Part shown: positions 1 through 18,000 of the stretch, piece after piece | Layout of the letters: each line of letters begins with the position of its first letter | Numbering within the stretch: position 1 is the first letter of the stretch | DNA from: Eledone cirrhosa | Taxonomy: Eukaryota | NCBI GenBank assembly: GCA_964016885.1 | Contig: OZ024742.1 | Location: 359,662,001-359,726,000 of the forward strand | Length of the DNA: 64,000 nt | Direction: 5' to 3' | Program-made: the position numbers and the translations under genes | The notes under the pieces: model-generated | Databases searched by the model: none | Told to the model about the DNA's origin: nothing | Seen by the model: only the letters and a program-made list of their open reading frames with translations

Positions 1-3000
1 GGCTAACAGGGGCAGATAACCACACATAAAAACAGACATAGGCTAACAGGGGCAGATAACCACACACATAAACAGACATAGGCTAACAGGGGCAGATAAT
101 CACACACGCAAACACAGACATAGGCTAACAGGGGCAGATAACCACACACGCAAACACAGACATAGACTAACAGGGGCAGATAACCACACACACAAACACA
201 GACATAGGCTAACAGAGGCAGATAACAACACACATAAAGAGACATACGCTAACAGGGGCAGATGACCACACACACAAACACAGACATAGGTTAATTGGGG
301 CAGATAATCACACACATAGACAGACATAGGCTAACAGGGGCAGATAACCACACACACAAACACAGACATAGGCTATTAGGGACAGATAACCACACACACA
401 TACACAGACATAGGCTAACAGAGGCAGATAACCACACACACAAACACAGACATAGGCTCACAGGGGCAGATAACCACACACACAAACACATACATAGACT
501 CACAGGGGCAGATAACCACACACACAAACACAGACATAGGCTCACAGGGGCAGATAACCACACACACAAACACAGACGTAGGCTAACAGGGGCATATAAC
601 CATACACAGAAACACAGACATTGGCTCAGAGGGGCAGATAACCACACACACAAACACAGACATAGGCTCACAGTGGCAGATAACCACATACACAAACACA
701 GACATAGGCTAACAGGGGCAGATAACCACACACGCATAAACAGACATAGGCTAACAGGGGCAGATAACCACACACATAGACAGACATACATTAACAGGGC
801 CAGATAACCACACACACAAACACGGATATAGGCTAACAGGGGCAGATAACCACACATAAAAACAGACATAGGCTCACAGGGGCAGATAACCACACACACA
901 AACACGGACATAGGATACAGAGGCAGATAACCACACACACAAACACAGACATAGGCTAACAGGGGCAGATAACCACACACACAAACACGGACATAGGTTA
1001 CAGAGGCAGATAACCAGACACACAAACACGGATATAGGCTAACAGGGGCAGATAACCACACATAAAAACAGACATAGGCTCACAGGGGCAGATAACCACA
1101 CACGCAAACAGACATACGCTAACAGGGGCAGATAACCACACACACAAACACAGACATAGGCTAACAGAGGCAGATAACAACACACATAAAGAGACATACG
1201 CTAACAGGGGCAGATAACCACACACACAAACACAGACATAGGTTAATTGGGGCAGATAATCACACACACATACACAGACATAGTCTAACAGAGGCAGATA
1301 ACCACACACACAAACACAGACATAGGCTCACAGGGGCAGATAACCACACACACAAACACATACATAGACTTACAGGGGCAGATAACCACACACAGAAACA
1401 CAGACATAGGCTCACAGGGGCAGATAACCACACACACAAACACAGACGTAGGCTAACAGGGGCATATAACCATACACAGAAACACAGACATTGGCTCAGA
1501 GGGGCAGATAACCACACACACAAACACAGACATAGGCTCACAGTGGCAGATAACCACACACACAAACACAGACATAGGCTCACAGGGGCAGATAACCACA
1601 CACACAAACACAGACATAGGCTAACAGGGGCAGATAACCACACACACAAACACAGACATAGGCTCACAGGGGCAGATAGCCACACACACAAACAGACATA
1701 GGCTAACAGGGGCAGATAACCACATACACAAACACAGACATATGTTACAGGGGCAGATAACCACACACGCATAAACAGACATAGGCTAACAGGGGCAGAT
1801 AACCACACACATAGACAGACATACGTTAACAGGGCCAGATAACCACACACACAAACACGGATATAGGCTAACAGGGGCAGATAACCACACATAAAAACAG
1901 ACATAGGCTCACAGGGGCAGATAACCACACACACAAACACGGACATAGGTTACAGAGGCAGATAACCACACACATGAACACAGACATAGACTAACAGGGG
2001 CAGATAACCACACACACAAACACAGACATAGGCTCACAGGGGCAGATAACCACACACACAAACACAGACATAGGCTAACAGGGGCAGATAACCACACACA
2101 CAAACACAGACATAGGCTAACAGGGGCAGATAACCACACACACAAACACAGACATAGGCTCACAGGGGCAGATAACCGCACACACAAACACAGACATAGG
2201 CTAACAGAGGCAGATAACCATACACACAAACACAGACATAGGCTAACAGGGGCAGATAACCACACACACAAAAACAGACATAGGCTAACAGGGGCAGATA
2301 ACGACACACGCAAACACAGACATAGGCTATTAGGGGCAGATAACCACACACACATACACAGACATAGGCTAACAGAGGCAGATAACCACACACACAAACA
2401 CAGACATAGACTAACAGGGGCAGATAACCACACACACAAACACAGACATAGGCTCACAGGGGCAGATAACCACACACACAAACACATACATAGATTCACA
2501 GGGGCAGATAACCACACACACAAACACAGACATAGGCTCACAGGGGCAGATAACCACACACACAAACACAGACGTAGGCTAACAGGGGCAGATAACCATA
2601 CACAGAAACACAGACATTGGCTCAGAGGGGCAGATAACCACACACACAAACACAGACATAGGCTCACAGTGGCAGATAACGACACACACAAACACAGACA
2701 TAGGCTCACAGGGGCAGATAACCAAACACACAAACACAGACATAGACTAACAGGGGCAGATAACCACACACACAAACACAGACATAGGCTCACAGGGGCA
2801 GGTAGCCACACACACAAACAGACATAGGCTAACAGGGGCAGATAACCACATACACAAACACAGACATAGGCTAACAGGGGCAGATAACCACACACATAGA
2901 CAGACATACGTTAACAGGGCCAGATAACCACACTCACAAACACGGATATTGGCTAACAGGGGCAGATAACCACACATAAAAACAGACATAGGCTAACAGG

Positions 3001-6000
3001 GGCAGATAACCACACACATAAACAGACATAGGCTAACAGGGGCAGATAATCACACACGCAAACACAGACATAGGCTAACAGGGGCAGATAACCACACACG
3101 CAAACACAGACATAGACTAACAGGGGCAGATAACCACACACACAAACACAGACATAGGCTAACAGAGGCAGATAACAACACACATAAAGAGACATACGCT
3201 AACAGGGGCAGATGACCACACACACAAACACAGACATAGGTTAATTGGGGCAGATAATCACACACATAGACAGACATAGGCTAACAGGGGCAGATAACCA
3301 CACACACAAACACAGACATAGGCTATTAGGGACAGATAACCACACACACATACACAGACATAGGCTAACAGAGGCAGATAACCACACACACAAACACAGA
3401 CATAGGCTCACAGGGGCAGATAACCACACACACAAACACATACATAGACTCACAGGGGCAGATAACCACACACACAAACACAGACATAGGCTCACAGGGG
3501 CAGATAACCACACACACAAACACAGACGTAGGCTAACAGGGGCATATAACCATACACAGAAACACAGACATTGGCTCAGAGGGGCAGATAACCACACACA
3601 CAAACACAGACATAGGCTCACAGTGGCAGATAACCACACACACAAACACAGACATAGGCTCACAGGGGCAGATAACCACACACACAAACACAGACATAGG
3701 CTAACAGGGGCAGATAACCACATACACAAACACAGACATAGGCTAACAGGGGCAGATAACCACACACGCATAAACAGACATAGGCTAACAGGGGCAGTTA
3801 ACCACACACACAAACACAGACATAGGCTCACAGGGGCAGATAACCGCACACACAAACACAGACATAGGCTAACAGAGGCAGATAACCACACACACAAACA
3901 CAGACATAGGCTAACAGGGGCAGATAACCACACACACAAACACAGACATAGGCTAACAGGGGCAGATAACCACACACACAAACACAGACATAGGCTATTA
4001 GGGGCAGATAACCACACACACATACACAGACATAGGCTAACAGAGGCAGATAACCACACACACAAACACAGACATAGACTAACAGGGGCAGATAACCACA
4101 CACACAAACACATACATAGACTCACAGGGGCAGATAACCACACACACAAACACATACATAGACTCACAGGGGCAGATAACCACACACACAAACACAGACA
4201 TAGGCTCACAGGGGCAGATAACCACACACACAAACACAGACGTAGGCTAACAGGGGCAGATAACCATACACAGAAACACAGACATTGGCTCAGAGGGGCA
4301 GATAACCACACACACAAACACAGACATAGGCTCACAGTGGCAGATAACGACACACACAAACACAGACATAGGCTAACAGGGGCAGATAACCACACACACA
4401 AACACAGACATAGGCTCACAGGGGCAGATAGCCACACACACAAACAGACATAGGCTAACAGGGGCAGATAACCACATACACAAACACAGACATAGGTTAA
4501 CAGGGGCAGATAACCACACACTCATAAACAGACATAGGCTAACAGGGGCAGATAACCACACACATAGACAGACATACGTTAACAGGGCCAGATAACCACA
4601 CACACAAACACGGATATAGGCTAACAGGGGCAGATAACCACACATAAAAACAGACATAGGCTCACAGGGGCAGATAACCACACACACAAACACGGACATA
4701 GGTTACAGAGGCAGATAACCACACACATGAACACAGACATAGACTAACAGGGGCAGATAACCACACACACAAACACAGACATAGGCTCACAGGGGCAGAT
4801 AACCACACACACAAACACAGACATAGGCTAACAGGGGCAGATAACCACACACACAAACACAGACATAGGCTAACAGGGGCAGATAACCACACACACAAAC
4901 ACAGACATAGGCTCACAGGGGCAGATAACCGCACACACAAACACAGACATAGGCTAACAGAGGCAGATAACCACACACACAAACACAGACATAGGCTAAC
5001 AGGGGCAGATAACCACACACACAAAAACAGACATAGGCTAACAGGGGCAGATAACGACACACGCAAACACAGACATAGGCTATTAGGGGCAGATAACCAC
5101 ACACACATACACAGACATAGGCTAACAGAGGCAGATAACCACACACACAAACACAGACATAGACTAACAGGGGCAGATAACCACACACACAAACACAGAC
5201 ATAGGCTCACAGGGGCAGATAACCACACACACAAACACATACATAGATTCACAGGGGCAGATAACCACACACACAAACACAGACATAGGCTCACAGGGGC
5301 AGATAACCACACACACAAACACAGACGTAGGCTAACAGGGGCAGATAACCATACACAGAAACACAGACATTGGCTCAGAGGGGCAGATAACCACACACAC
5401 AAACACAGACATAGGCTCACAGTGGCAGATAACGACACACACAAACACAGACATAGGCTCACAGGGGCAGATAACCAAACACACAAACACAGACATAGAC
5501 TAACAGGGGCAGATAACCACACACACAAACACAGACATAGGCTCACAGGGGCAGGTAGCCACACACACAAACAGACATAGGCTAACAGGGGCAGATAACC
5601 ACATACACAAACACAGACATAGGCTAACAGGGGCAGATAACCACACACATAGACAGACATACGTTAACAGGGCCAGATAACCACACTCACAAACACGGAT
5701 ATTGGCTAACAGGGGCAGATAACCACACATAAAAACAGACATAGGCTAACAGGGGCAGATAACCACACACATAAACAGACATAGGCTAACAGGGGCAGAT
5801 AATCACACACGCAAACACAGATATAGGCTAACAGGGGCAGATAACCACACACGCAAACACAGACATAGACTAACAGGGGCAGATAACCACACACACAAAC
5901 ACAGACATAGGCTAACAGAGGCAGATAACAACACACATAAAGAGACATACGCTAACAGGGGCAGATGACCACACACACAAACACAGACATAGGTTAATTG

Positions 6001-9000
6001 GGGCAGATAATCACACACATAGACAGACATAGGCTAACAGGGGCAGATAACCACACACACAAACACAGACATAGGCTATTAGGGACAGATAACCACACAC
6101 ACATACACAGACATAGGCTAACAGAGGCAGATAACCACACACACAAACACAGACATAGGCTCACAGGGGCAGATAACCACACACACAAACACAGACATAG
6201 GCTCACAGGGGCAGATAACCACACACACAAACACAGACGTAGGCTAACAGGGGCATATAACCATACACAGAAACACAGACATTGGCTCAGAGGGGCAGAT
6301 AACCACACACACAAACACAGACATAGGCTCACAGTGGCAGATAACCACACACACAAACACAGACATAGGCTAACAGGGGCAGATAACCACACACGCATAA
6401 ACAGACATAGGCTAACAGGGGCAGTTAACCACACACACAAACACAGACATAGGCTCACAGGGGCAGATAACCGCACACACAAACACAGACATAGGCTAAC
6501 AGAGGCAGATAACCACACACACAAACACAGACATAGGCTAACAGGGGCAGATAACCACACACACAAACACAGACATAGGCTAACAGGGGCAGATAACGAC
6601 ACACACAAACACAGACATAGGCTATTAGGGGCAGATAACCACACACACATACACAGACATAGGCTAACAGAGGCAGATAACCACACACACAAACACAGAC
6701 ATAGACTAACAGGGGCAGATAACCACACACACAAACACATACATAGAGTCACAGGGGCAGATAACCACACACACAAACACATACATAGACTCACAGGGGC
6801 AGATAACCACACACACAAACACAGACATAGGCTCACAGGGGCAGATAACCACACACACAAACACAGACGTAGGCTAACAGGGGCAGATAACCATACACAG
6901 AAACACAGACATTGGCTCAGAGGGGCAGATAACCACACACACAAACACAGACATAGGCTCACAGTGGCAGATAACGACACACACAAACACAGACATAGGC
7001 TAACAGGGGCAGATAACCACACACACAAACACAGACATAGGCTCACAGGGGCAGATAGCCACACACACAAACAGACATAGGCTAACAGGGGCAGATAACC
7101 ACATACACAAACACAGACATAGGCTAACAGGGGTAGATAACCACACACGCATACACAGACATAGGCTAACAGGGGCAGATAACCACACACATAGACAGAC
7201 ATACGTTAACAGGGCCAGATAACCACACACACAAATACGGATATAGGCTAACAGGGGCAGATAAACACACATAAAAACAGACATAGGCTCACAGGGGCAG
7301 ATAACCACACACACAAACACGGACATAGGCTAACAGGGGCAGATAACCACACACATAAACAGACATAGGCTAACAGGGGCAGATAACCACACACGCAAAC
7401 ACAGACATAGGCTAACAGGGGCAGATAACCACACAAATAAACAGACATACGCTAACAGGGGCAGATAACCACACACACACAAACACAGACATAGGCTCAC
7501 AGTGGCAGATAACCACACACACAAACACAGACATAGGCTCACAGGGGCAGATAACCACACACACAAACACATACATAGACTCACAGGGGCAGATAACCAC
7601 ACACACAAACACAGACATAGGCTCACAGGGGCAGATAACCACACACACAAACACAGACGTAGGCTAACAGGGGCATATAACCATACACAGAAACACAGAC
7701 ATTGGCTCAGAGGGGCAGATAACCACACACACAAACACAGACATAGGCTCACAGTGGCAGATAACCACACACACAAACACAGACATAGGCTCACAGGGGC
7801 AGATAACCACACACACAAACACAGACATAGGCTAACAGGGGCAGATAACCACACACACAAACACAGACATAGGCTCACAGGGGCAGATAGCCACACACAC
7901 AAACAGACATAGGCTAACAGGGGCAGATAACCACATACACAAACACAGACATAGGTTAACAGGGGCAGATAACCACACACGCATAAACAGACATAGGCTA
8001 ACAGGGGCAGATAACCACACACATAGACAGACATACGTTAACAGGGCCAGATAACCACACACACAAACACGGATATAGGCTAACAGGGGCAGATAACCAC
8101 ACACAAAAACAGACGTAGGCTCACAGGGGCAGATAACCACACACACAAACACGGACATAGGTTACAGAGGCAGATAACCACACACATGAACACAGACATA
8201 GACTAACAGGGGCAGATAACCACACACACAAACACAGACATAGGCTCACAGGGGCAGATAACCACACACACAAACACAGACATAGGCTAACAGGGGCAGA
8301 TAACCACACACACAAACACAGACATAGGCTAACAGGGGCAGATAACCACACACACAAACACAGACATAGGCTCACAGGGGCAGATAACCGCACACACAAA
8401 CACAGACATAGGCTAACAGAGGCAGATAACCACACACACAAACACAGACATAGGCTAACAGGGGCAGATAACCACACACACAAACACAGACATAGGCTAA
8501 CAGGGGCAGATAACGACACACACAAACACAGACATAGGCTATTAGGGGCAGATAACCACACACACATACACAGACATAGGCTAACAGAGGCAGATAACCA
8601 CACACACAAACACAGACATAGACTAACAGGGGCAGATAACCACACACACAAACACAGACATAGGCTCACAGGGGCAGATAACCGCACACACAAACACATA
8701 CATAGACTCACAGGGGCAGATAACCACACACACAAACACAGACATAGGCTCACAGGGGCAGATAACCACACACACAAACACAGACGTAGGCTAACAGGGG
8801 CAGATAACCATACACAGAAACACAGACATTGGCTCAGAGGGGCAGATAACCACACACACAAACACAGACATAGGCTCACAGTGGCAGATAACGACACACA
8901 CAAACACAGACATAGGCTCACAGGGGCAGATAACCAAACACACAAACACAGACATAGACTAACAGGGGCAGATAACCACACACACAAACACAGACATAGG

Positions 9001-12000
9001 CTCACAGGGGCAGATAACCGCACACACAAACACAGACATAGGCTAACAGAGGCAGATAACCACACACACAAACACAGACATAGGCTAACAGGGGCAGATA
9101 ACCACACACACAAACACAGACATAGGCTAACAGGGGCAGATAACGACACACACAAACACAGACATAGGCTATTAGGGGCAGATAACCACACACACATACA
9201 CAGACATAGGCTAACAGAGGCAGATAACCACACACACAAACACAGACATAGACTAACAGGGGCAGATAACCACACACACAAACACATACATAGACTCACA
9301 GGGGCAGATAACCACACACACAAACACATACATAGACTCACAGGGGCAGATAACCACACACACAAACACAGACATAGGCTCACAGGGGCAGATAACCACA
9401 CACACAAACACAGACGTAGGCTAACAGGGGCAGATAACCATACACAGAAACACAGACATTGGCTCAGAGCGGCAGATAACCACACACACAAACACAGACA
9501 TAGGCTCACAGTGGCAGATAACGACACACACAAACACAGACATAGGCTCACATGGGCAGATAACCACACACACAAACACAGACATAGGCTAACAGGGGCA
9601 GATAACCACACACACAAACACAGACATAGGCTCACAGGGGCAGATAGCCACACACACAAACAGACATAGGCTAACAGGGGCAGATAACCACATACACAAA
9701 CACAGACATAGGCTAACAGGGGTAGATAACCACACACGCATACACAGACATAGGCTAACAGGGGCAGATAACCACACACATAGACAGACATACGTTAACA
9801 GGGCCAGATAACCACACACACAAATACGGATATAGGCTAACAGGGGCAGATAAACACACATAAAAACAGACATAGGCTCACAGGGGCAGATAACCACACA
9901 CACAAACACGGACATAGGCTAACAGGGGCAGATAACCACACACATAAACAGACATAGGCTAACAGGGGCAGATAACCACACACGCAAACACAGACATAGG
10001 CTAACAGGGGCAGATAACCACTCAAATAAACAGACATACGCTAACAGGGGCAGATAACCACACACCCACAAACACAGACATAGGCTAACAGAGGCAGATA
10101 ACAACACACATAAAGAGACATACGCTAACAGGGGCAGATATCCACACACACAAACACAGACATAGGTTAATTGGGGCAGATAATCACACACACATACACA
10201 GACATAGACTCACAGGGGCAGATAACCACACACACAAACACAGACATAGGCTCACAGGGGCAGATAACCACACACACAAACACAGACGTAGGCTAACAGG
10301 GGCATATAACCATACACAGAAACACAGAAATTGGCTCAGAGGGGCAGATAACCACACACACAAACACAGACATAGGCTCACAGTGGCAGATAACCACACA
10401 CACAAACACAGACATAGGCTCACAGGGGCAGATAACCACACACTCAAACACAGACATAGGCTAACAGGGGCAGATAACCGCACACACAAACACAGACATA
10501 GACTCACAGGGGCAGATAGCCACACACACAAACAGACATAGGCTAACAGGGGCAGATAACCACATACACAAACACAGACATAGGCTAACAGGGGCAGATA
10601 ACCACACACGCATAAACAGACATAGGCTAACAGGGGCAGATAACCACACACATAGACAGACATACATTAACAGGGCCAGATAACCACACACACAAACACG
10701 GATATAGGCTAACAGGGGCAGATAACCACACATAAAAACAGACATAGGCTCACAGGGGCAGATAACCACACACACAAACACGGACATAGGTTACAGAGGC
10801 AGATAACCACACACACAAACACAGACATAGGCTAACAGGGGCAGATAACCACACACACAAACACAGACATAGGCTCACAGGGGCAGATAGCCACACACAC
10901 AAACAGACATAGGCTAACAGGGGCAGATAACCACATACACAAACACAGACATAGGCTAACAGGGGCAGATAACCACACACGCATAAACAGACATAGGCTA
11001 ACAGGGGCAGATAACCACACACATAGACAGACATACATTAACAGGGCCAGATAACCACACACACAAACACGGATATAGGCAAACAGGGGCAGATAACCAC
11101 ACATAAAAAGAGACATAGGCTCACAGGGGCAGATAACCACACACACAAACACGGACATAGGTTACAGAGGCAGATAACCACACACATAAACACAGACATA
11201 GACTAACAGGGGCAGATAACCACACACACAAACACAGACATAGGCTCACAGTGGCAGATAACCACACACACAAACACAGACATAGGCTAACAGGGGCAGA
11301 TAACCACACACACAAACACAGACATAGGCTAACAGGGGCAGATAACCACACACACAAACACAGACATAGGCTCACAGGGGCAGATAACCGCACACACAAA
11401 CACAGACATAGGCTAACAGAGGCAGATAACCACACACACAAACACAGACATAGGCTAACAGGGGCAGATAACCACACACACAAACACAGACATAGGCTAA
11501 ACAGGGGCAGATAACGACACACACAAACACAGACATAGGCTATTAGGGGCAGATAACCACACACGTATAAACAGACATAGGCTAACAGGGGCAGATAACC
11601 ACACACATAGACAGACATACATTAACAGGGCCAGATAACCACACACACAAACACGGATATAGGCTAACAGGGGCAGATAACCACACATAAAAACAGACAT
11701 AGGCTCACAGGGGCAGATAACCACACACACAAACACGGACATAGGCTAACAGGGGCAGATAACCACACACATAAACAGACATAGGCTAACAGGGGCAGAT
11801 AACCACACACGCAAACACAGACATAGGCTAACAGGGGCAGATAACCACACAAATAAACAGACATACGCTAACAGGGGCAGATAACCACACACACACAAAC
11901 ACAGACATAGGCTAACAGAGGCAGATAACAACACACATAAAGAGACATACGCTAACAGGGGCAGATATCCACACACACAAACACAGACATAGGTTAATTG

Positions 12001-15000
12001 GGGCAGATAATCACACACACATACACAGACATAGACTCACAGGGGCAGATAACCACACACACAAACACAGACATAGGCTCACAGGGGCAGATAACCACAC
12101 ACACAAACACAGACGTAGGCTAACAGGGGCATATAACCATACACAGAAACACAGAAATTGGCTCAGAGGGGCAGATAACCACACACACAAACACAGACAT
12201 AGGCTCACAGTGGCAGATAACCACACACACAAACACAGACATAGGCTCACATGGGCAGATAACCACACACTCAAACACAGACATAGGCTAACAGGGGCAG
12301 ATAACCACACACACAAACACAGACATAGACTCACAGGGGCAGATAGCCACACACACAAACAGACATAGGCTAACAGGGGCAGATAACCACATACACAAAC
12401 ACAGACATAGGCTAACAGGGGCAGATAACCACACACGCATAAACAGACATAGGCTAATAGGGGCAGATAACCACACACATAGACAGACATACATTAACAG
12501 GGCCAGATAACCACACACACAAACACGGATATAGGCTAACAGGGGCAGATAACCACACATAAAAACAGACATAGGCTCAGAGGGGCAGATAACCACACAC
12601 ACAAACACGGACATGGGTTACAGAGGCAGATAACCACACACACAAACACAGACATAGGCTAACAGGGGCAGATAACCACACACACAAACACAGACATAGG
12701 CTCACAGGGGCAGATAGCCACACACACAAACAGACATAGGCTAACAGGGGCAGATAACCACATACACAAACACAGACATAGGCTAACAGGGGCAGATAAC
12801 CACACACATAGACAGACATACGTTAACAGGGCCAGATAACCACACACACAAATACGGATATAGGCTAACAGGGGCAGATAAACACACATAAAAACAGACA
12901 TAGGCTCACAGGGGCAGATAACCACACACACAAACACGGACATAGGCTAAAGGGGCAGATAACCACACACATAAACAGACATAGGCTAACAGGGGCAGAT
13001 AACCACACACGCAAACACAGACATAGGCTAACAGGGGCAGATAACCACACAAATAAACAGACATACGCTAACAGGGGCAGATAACCACACACCCACAAAC
13101 ACAGACATAGGCTAACAGAGGCAGATAACAACACACATAAAGAGACATACGCTAACAGGGGCAGATATCCACACACACAAACACAGACATAGGTTAATTG
13201 GGGCAGATAATCACACACACATACACAGACATAGACTCACAGGGGCAGATAACCACACACACAAACACAGACATAGGCTCACAGGGGCAGATAACCACAC
13301 ACACAAACACAGACGTAGGCTAATAGGGGCATATAACCATACACAGAAACACAGAAATTGGCTCAGAGGGGCAGATAACCACACACACAAACACAGACAT
13401 AGGCTCACAGTGGCAGATAACCACACACACAAACACAGACATAGGCTAACAGGGGCAGATAACCGCACACACAAACACAGACATAGACTCACAGGGGCAG
13501 ATAGCCACACACACAAACAGACATAGGCTAACAGGGGCAGATAACCACATACACAAACACAGACATAGGCTAACAGGGGCAGATAACCACACACGCATAA
13601 ACAGACATAGGCTAACAGGGGCAGATAACCACACACATAGACAGACATACATTAACAGGGCCAGATAACCACACACACAAACACGGATATAGGCTAACAG
13701 GGGCAGATAACCACACATAAAAACAGACATAGGCTCACAGGGGCAGATAACCACACACACAAACACGGACATAGGTTACAGAGGCAGATAACCACACACA
13801 CAAACACAGACATAGGCTAACAGGGGCAGATAACCACACACACAAACACAGACATAGGCTCACAGGGGCAGATAGCCACACACACAAACAGACATAGGCT
13901 AACAGGGGCAGATAACCACATACACAAACACAGACATAGGCTAACAGGGGCAGATAACCACACACGCATAAACAGACATAGGCTAACAGGGGCAGATAAC
14001 CACACACATAGACAGACATACATTAACAGGGCCAGATAACCACACACACAAACACGGATATAGGCTAACAGGGGCAGATAACCACACATAAAAAGAGACA
14101 TAGGCTCACAGGGGCAGATAACTACACACACAAACACGGACATAGGTTACAGAGGCAGATAACCACACACATAAACACAGACATAGACTAACAGGGGCAG
14201 ATAACCACACACACAAACACAGACATAGGCTCACAGGGGCAGATAACCACACACACAAACACAGACATAGGCTAACAGGGGCAGATAACCACACACACAA
14301 ACACAGACATAGGCTAACAGGGGCAGATAACCACACACACAAACACAGACATAGGCTCACAGGGGCAGATAACCGCACACACAAACACAGACATAGGCTA
14401 ACAGAGGCAGATAACCACACACACAAACACAGACATAGGCTAACAGGGGCAGATAACCACACACACAAACACAGACATAGGCTAACAGGGGCAGATAACG
14501 ACACACACAAACACAGACATAGGCTATTAGGGGCAGATAACCACACACACATACACAGACATAGGCTAACAGAGGCAGATAACCACACACACAAACAAAG
14601 ACATAGACTAACAGGGGCAGATAACCACACACACAAACACAGTCATAGGCTCACAGGGGCAGATAACCACACACACAAACACATACATAGACTCACAGGG
14701 GCAGATAACCACACACACAAACACAGACGTAGGCTAAAAGGGGCAGATAACCATACACAGAAACACAGACATTGGCTCAGAGGGGCAGATAACCACACAC
14801 ACAAACACAGACATAGGCTCACAGTGGCAGATAACGACACACACAAACACAGACATAGGCTCACAGGGGCAGATAACCACACACACAAACACAGACATAG
14901 ACTAACAGGGGCAGATAACCACACACACAAACACAGACATAGGCTCACAGGGGCAGATAGCCACACACACAAACAGACATAGGCTAACAGGGGCAGATAA

Positions 15001-18000
15001 CCACATACACAAACACAGACATAGGCTAACAGGGGCAGATAACCACACACGCATAAACAGACATAGGCTAACAGGGGCAGATAACCACACACATAGACAG
15101 ACATACATTAACAGGGCCAGATAACCACACACACAAACACGGATATAGGCTAACAGGGGCAGATAACCACACATAAAAACAGACATAGGCTCACAGGGGC
15201 AGATAACCACACACACAAACACGGACATAGGCTAACAGGGGCAGATAACCACACACATAAACAGACATAGGCTAACAGGGGCAGATAACCACACACGCAA
15301 ACACAGACATAGGCTAACAGGGGTAGATAACCACACAAATAAACAGACATACGCTAACAGGGGCAGATAACCACACACACACAAACACAGACATAGGCTA
15401 ACAGAGGCAGATAACAACACACATAAAGAGACATACGCTAACAGGGGCAGATATCCACACACACAAACACAGACATAGGTTAATTGGGGCAGATAATCAC
15501 ACACACATACACAGACATAGACTCACAGGGGCAGATAACCACACACACAAACACAGACATAGGCTCACAGGGGCAGATAACCACACACACAAACACAGAC
15601 GTAGGCTAACAGGGGCATATAACCATACACAGAAACACAGAAATTGGCTCAGAGGGGCAGATAACCACACACACAAACACAGACATAGGCTCACAGTGGC
15701 AGATAACCACACACACAAACACAGACATAGGCTCACAGGGGCAGATAACCACACACTCAAACACAGACATAGGCTAACAGGGGCAGATAACCACACACAC
15801 AAACACAGACATAGACTCACAGGGGCAGATAACCACACACACAAACACAGACATAGGCTCACAGGGGCAGATAACCACACACACAAACACAGACGTAGGC
15901 TAACAGGGGCATATAACCATACACAGAAACACAGAAATTGGCTCAGAGGGGCAGATAACCACACACACAAACACAGACATAGGCTCACAGTGGCAGATAA
16001 CCACACACACAAACACAGACATAGGCTCACAGGGGCAGATAACCACACACTCAAACACAGACATAGGCTAACAGGGGCAGATAACCACACACACAAACAC
16101 AGACATAGACTAACAGGGGCAGATAACCACATACACAAACACAGACATAGGCTAACAGGGGCAGATAACCACACACGCATAAACAGACATAGGCTAACAG
16201 GGGCAGATAACCACACACATAGACAGACATACATTAACAGGGCCAGATAACCACACACACAAACACGGATATAGGCTAACAGGGGCAGATAACCACACAT
16301 AAAAACAGACATAGGCTCACAGGGGCAGATAACCACACACACAAACACGGACATAGGTTACAGAGGCAGATAACCACACACACAAACACAGACATAGGCT
16401 AACAGGGGCAGATAACCACACACACAAACACAGACATAGGCTCACAGGGGCAGATAGCCACACACACAAACAGACATAGGCTAACAGGGGCAGATAACCA
16501 CATACACAAACACAGACATAGGCTAACAGGGGCAGATAACCACACACGCATAAACAGACATAGGCTAACAGGGGCAGATAACCACACACATAGACAGACA
16601 TACATTAACAGGGCCAGATAACCACACACACAAACACGGATATAGGCTAACAGGGGCAGATAACCACACATAAAAACAGACATAGGCTCACAGGGGCAGA
16701 TAACCACACACACAAACACGGACATAGGTTACAGAGGCAGATAACCACACACATAAACACAGACATAGACTAACAGGGGCAGATAACCACACACACAAAC
16801 ACAGACATAGGCTCACAGGGGCAGATAACCACACACACAAACACAGACATAGGCAAACAGGGGCAGATAACCACACACACAAACACAGACATAGGCTAAC
16901 AGGGGCAGATAACCACACACACAAACACAGACATAGGCTCACAGGGGCAGATAACCGCACACACGAACACAGACATAGGCTAACAGAGGCAGATAACCAC
17001 ACACACAAACACAGACATAGGCTAACAGGGGCAGATAACCACACACACAAACACAGACATAGGCTAACAGGGGCAGATAACGACACACACAAACACAGAC
17101 ATAGGCTATTAGGCGCAGATAACCACACACACATACACAGACATAGGCTAACAGAGGCAGATAGCCACACACACAAACAGACATAGGCTAACAGGGGCAG
17201 ATAACCACATACACAAACACAGACATAGGCTAACAGGGGCAGATAACCACACACGGATACACAGACATAGGCTAACAGGGGCAGATATCCACACACATAG
17301 ACAGACATACGTTAACAGGGCCAGATAACCACACTCACATACACGGATATTGGCTAACAGGGGCAGATAACCACACATAAAAACAGACATAGGCTCACAG
17401 GGGCAGATAACCACACACACAAACACATACATAGACTCACAGGGGCAGATAACCACACACACAAACACAGACGTAGGCTAACAGGGGCAGATAACCATAC
17501 ACAGAAACACAGACATTGGCTCAGAGGGGCAGATAACCACACACACAAACACAGACATAGGCTCACAGTAGCAGATAACGACACACACAAACACAGACAT
17601 AGGCTCACAGGGGCAGATAACCACACACACAAACACAGACATAGACTAACAGGGGCAGATAACCACACACACAAACACAGACATAGGCTCACAGGGGCAG
17701 ATAGCCACACACACAAACAGACATAGGCTAACAGGGGCAGATAACCACATACACAAACACAGACATAGGCTAACAGGGGCAGATAACCACACACGGATAC
17801 ACAGACATAGGCTAACAGGGGCAGATATCCACACACATAGACAGACATACGTTAACAGGGCCAGATAACCACACACACAAACACGGACATAGGCTAACAG
17901 GGGCAGATAACCACACACGCAAACACAGACATAGGCTAACAGGGGCAGATAACCACACACGCAAACACAGACATAGGCTAACAGGGGCAGATAACCACAC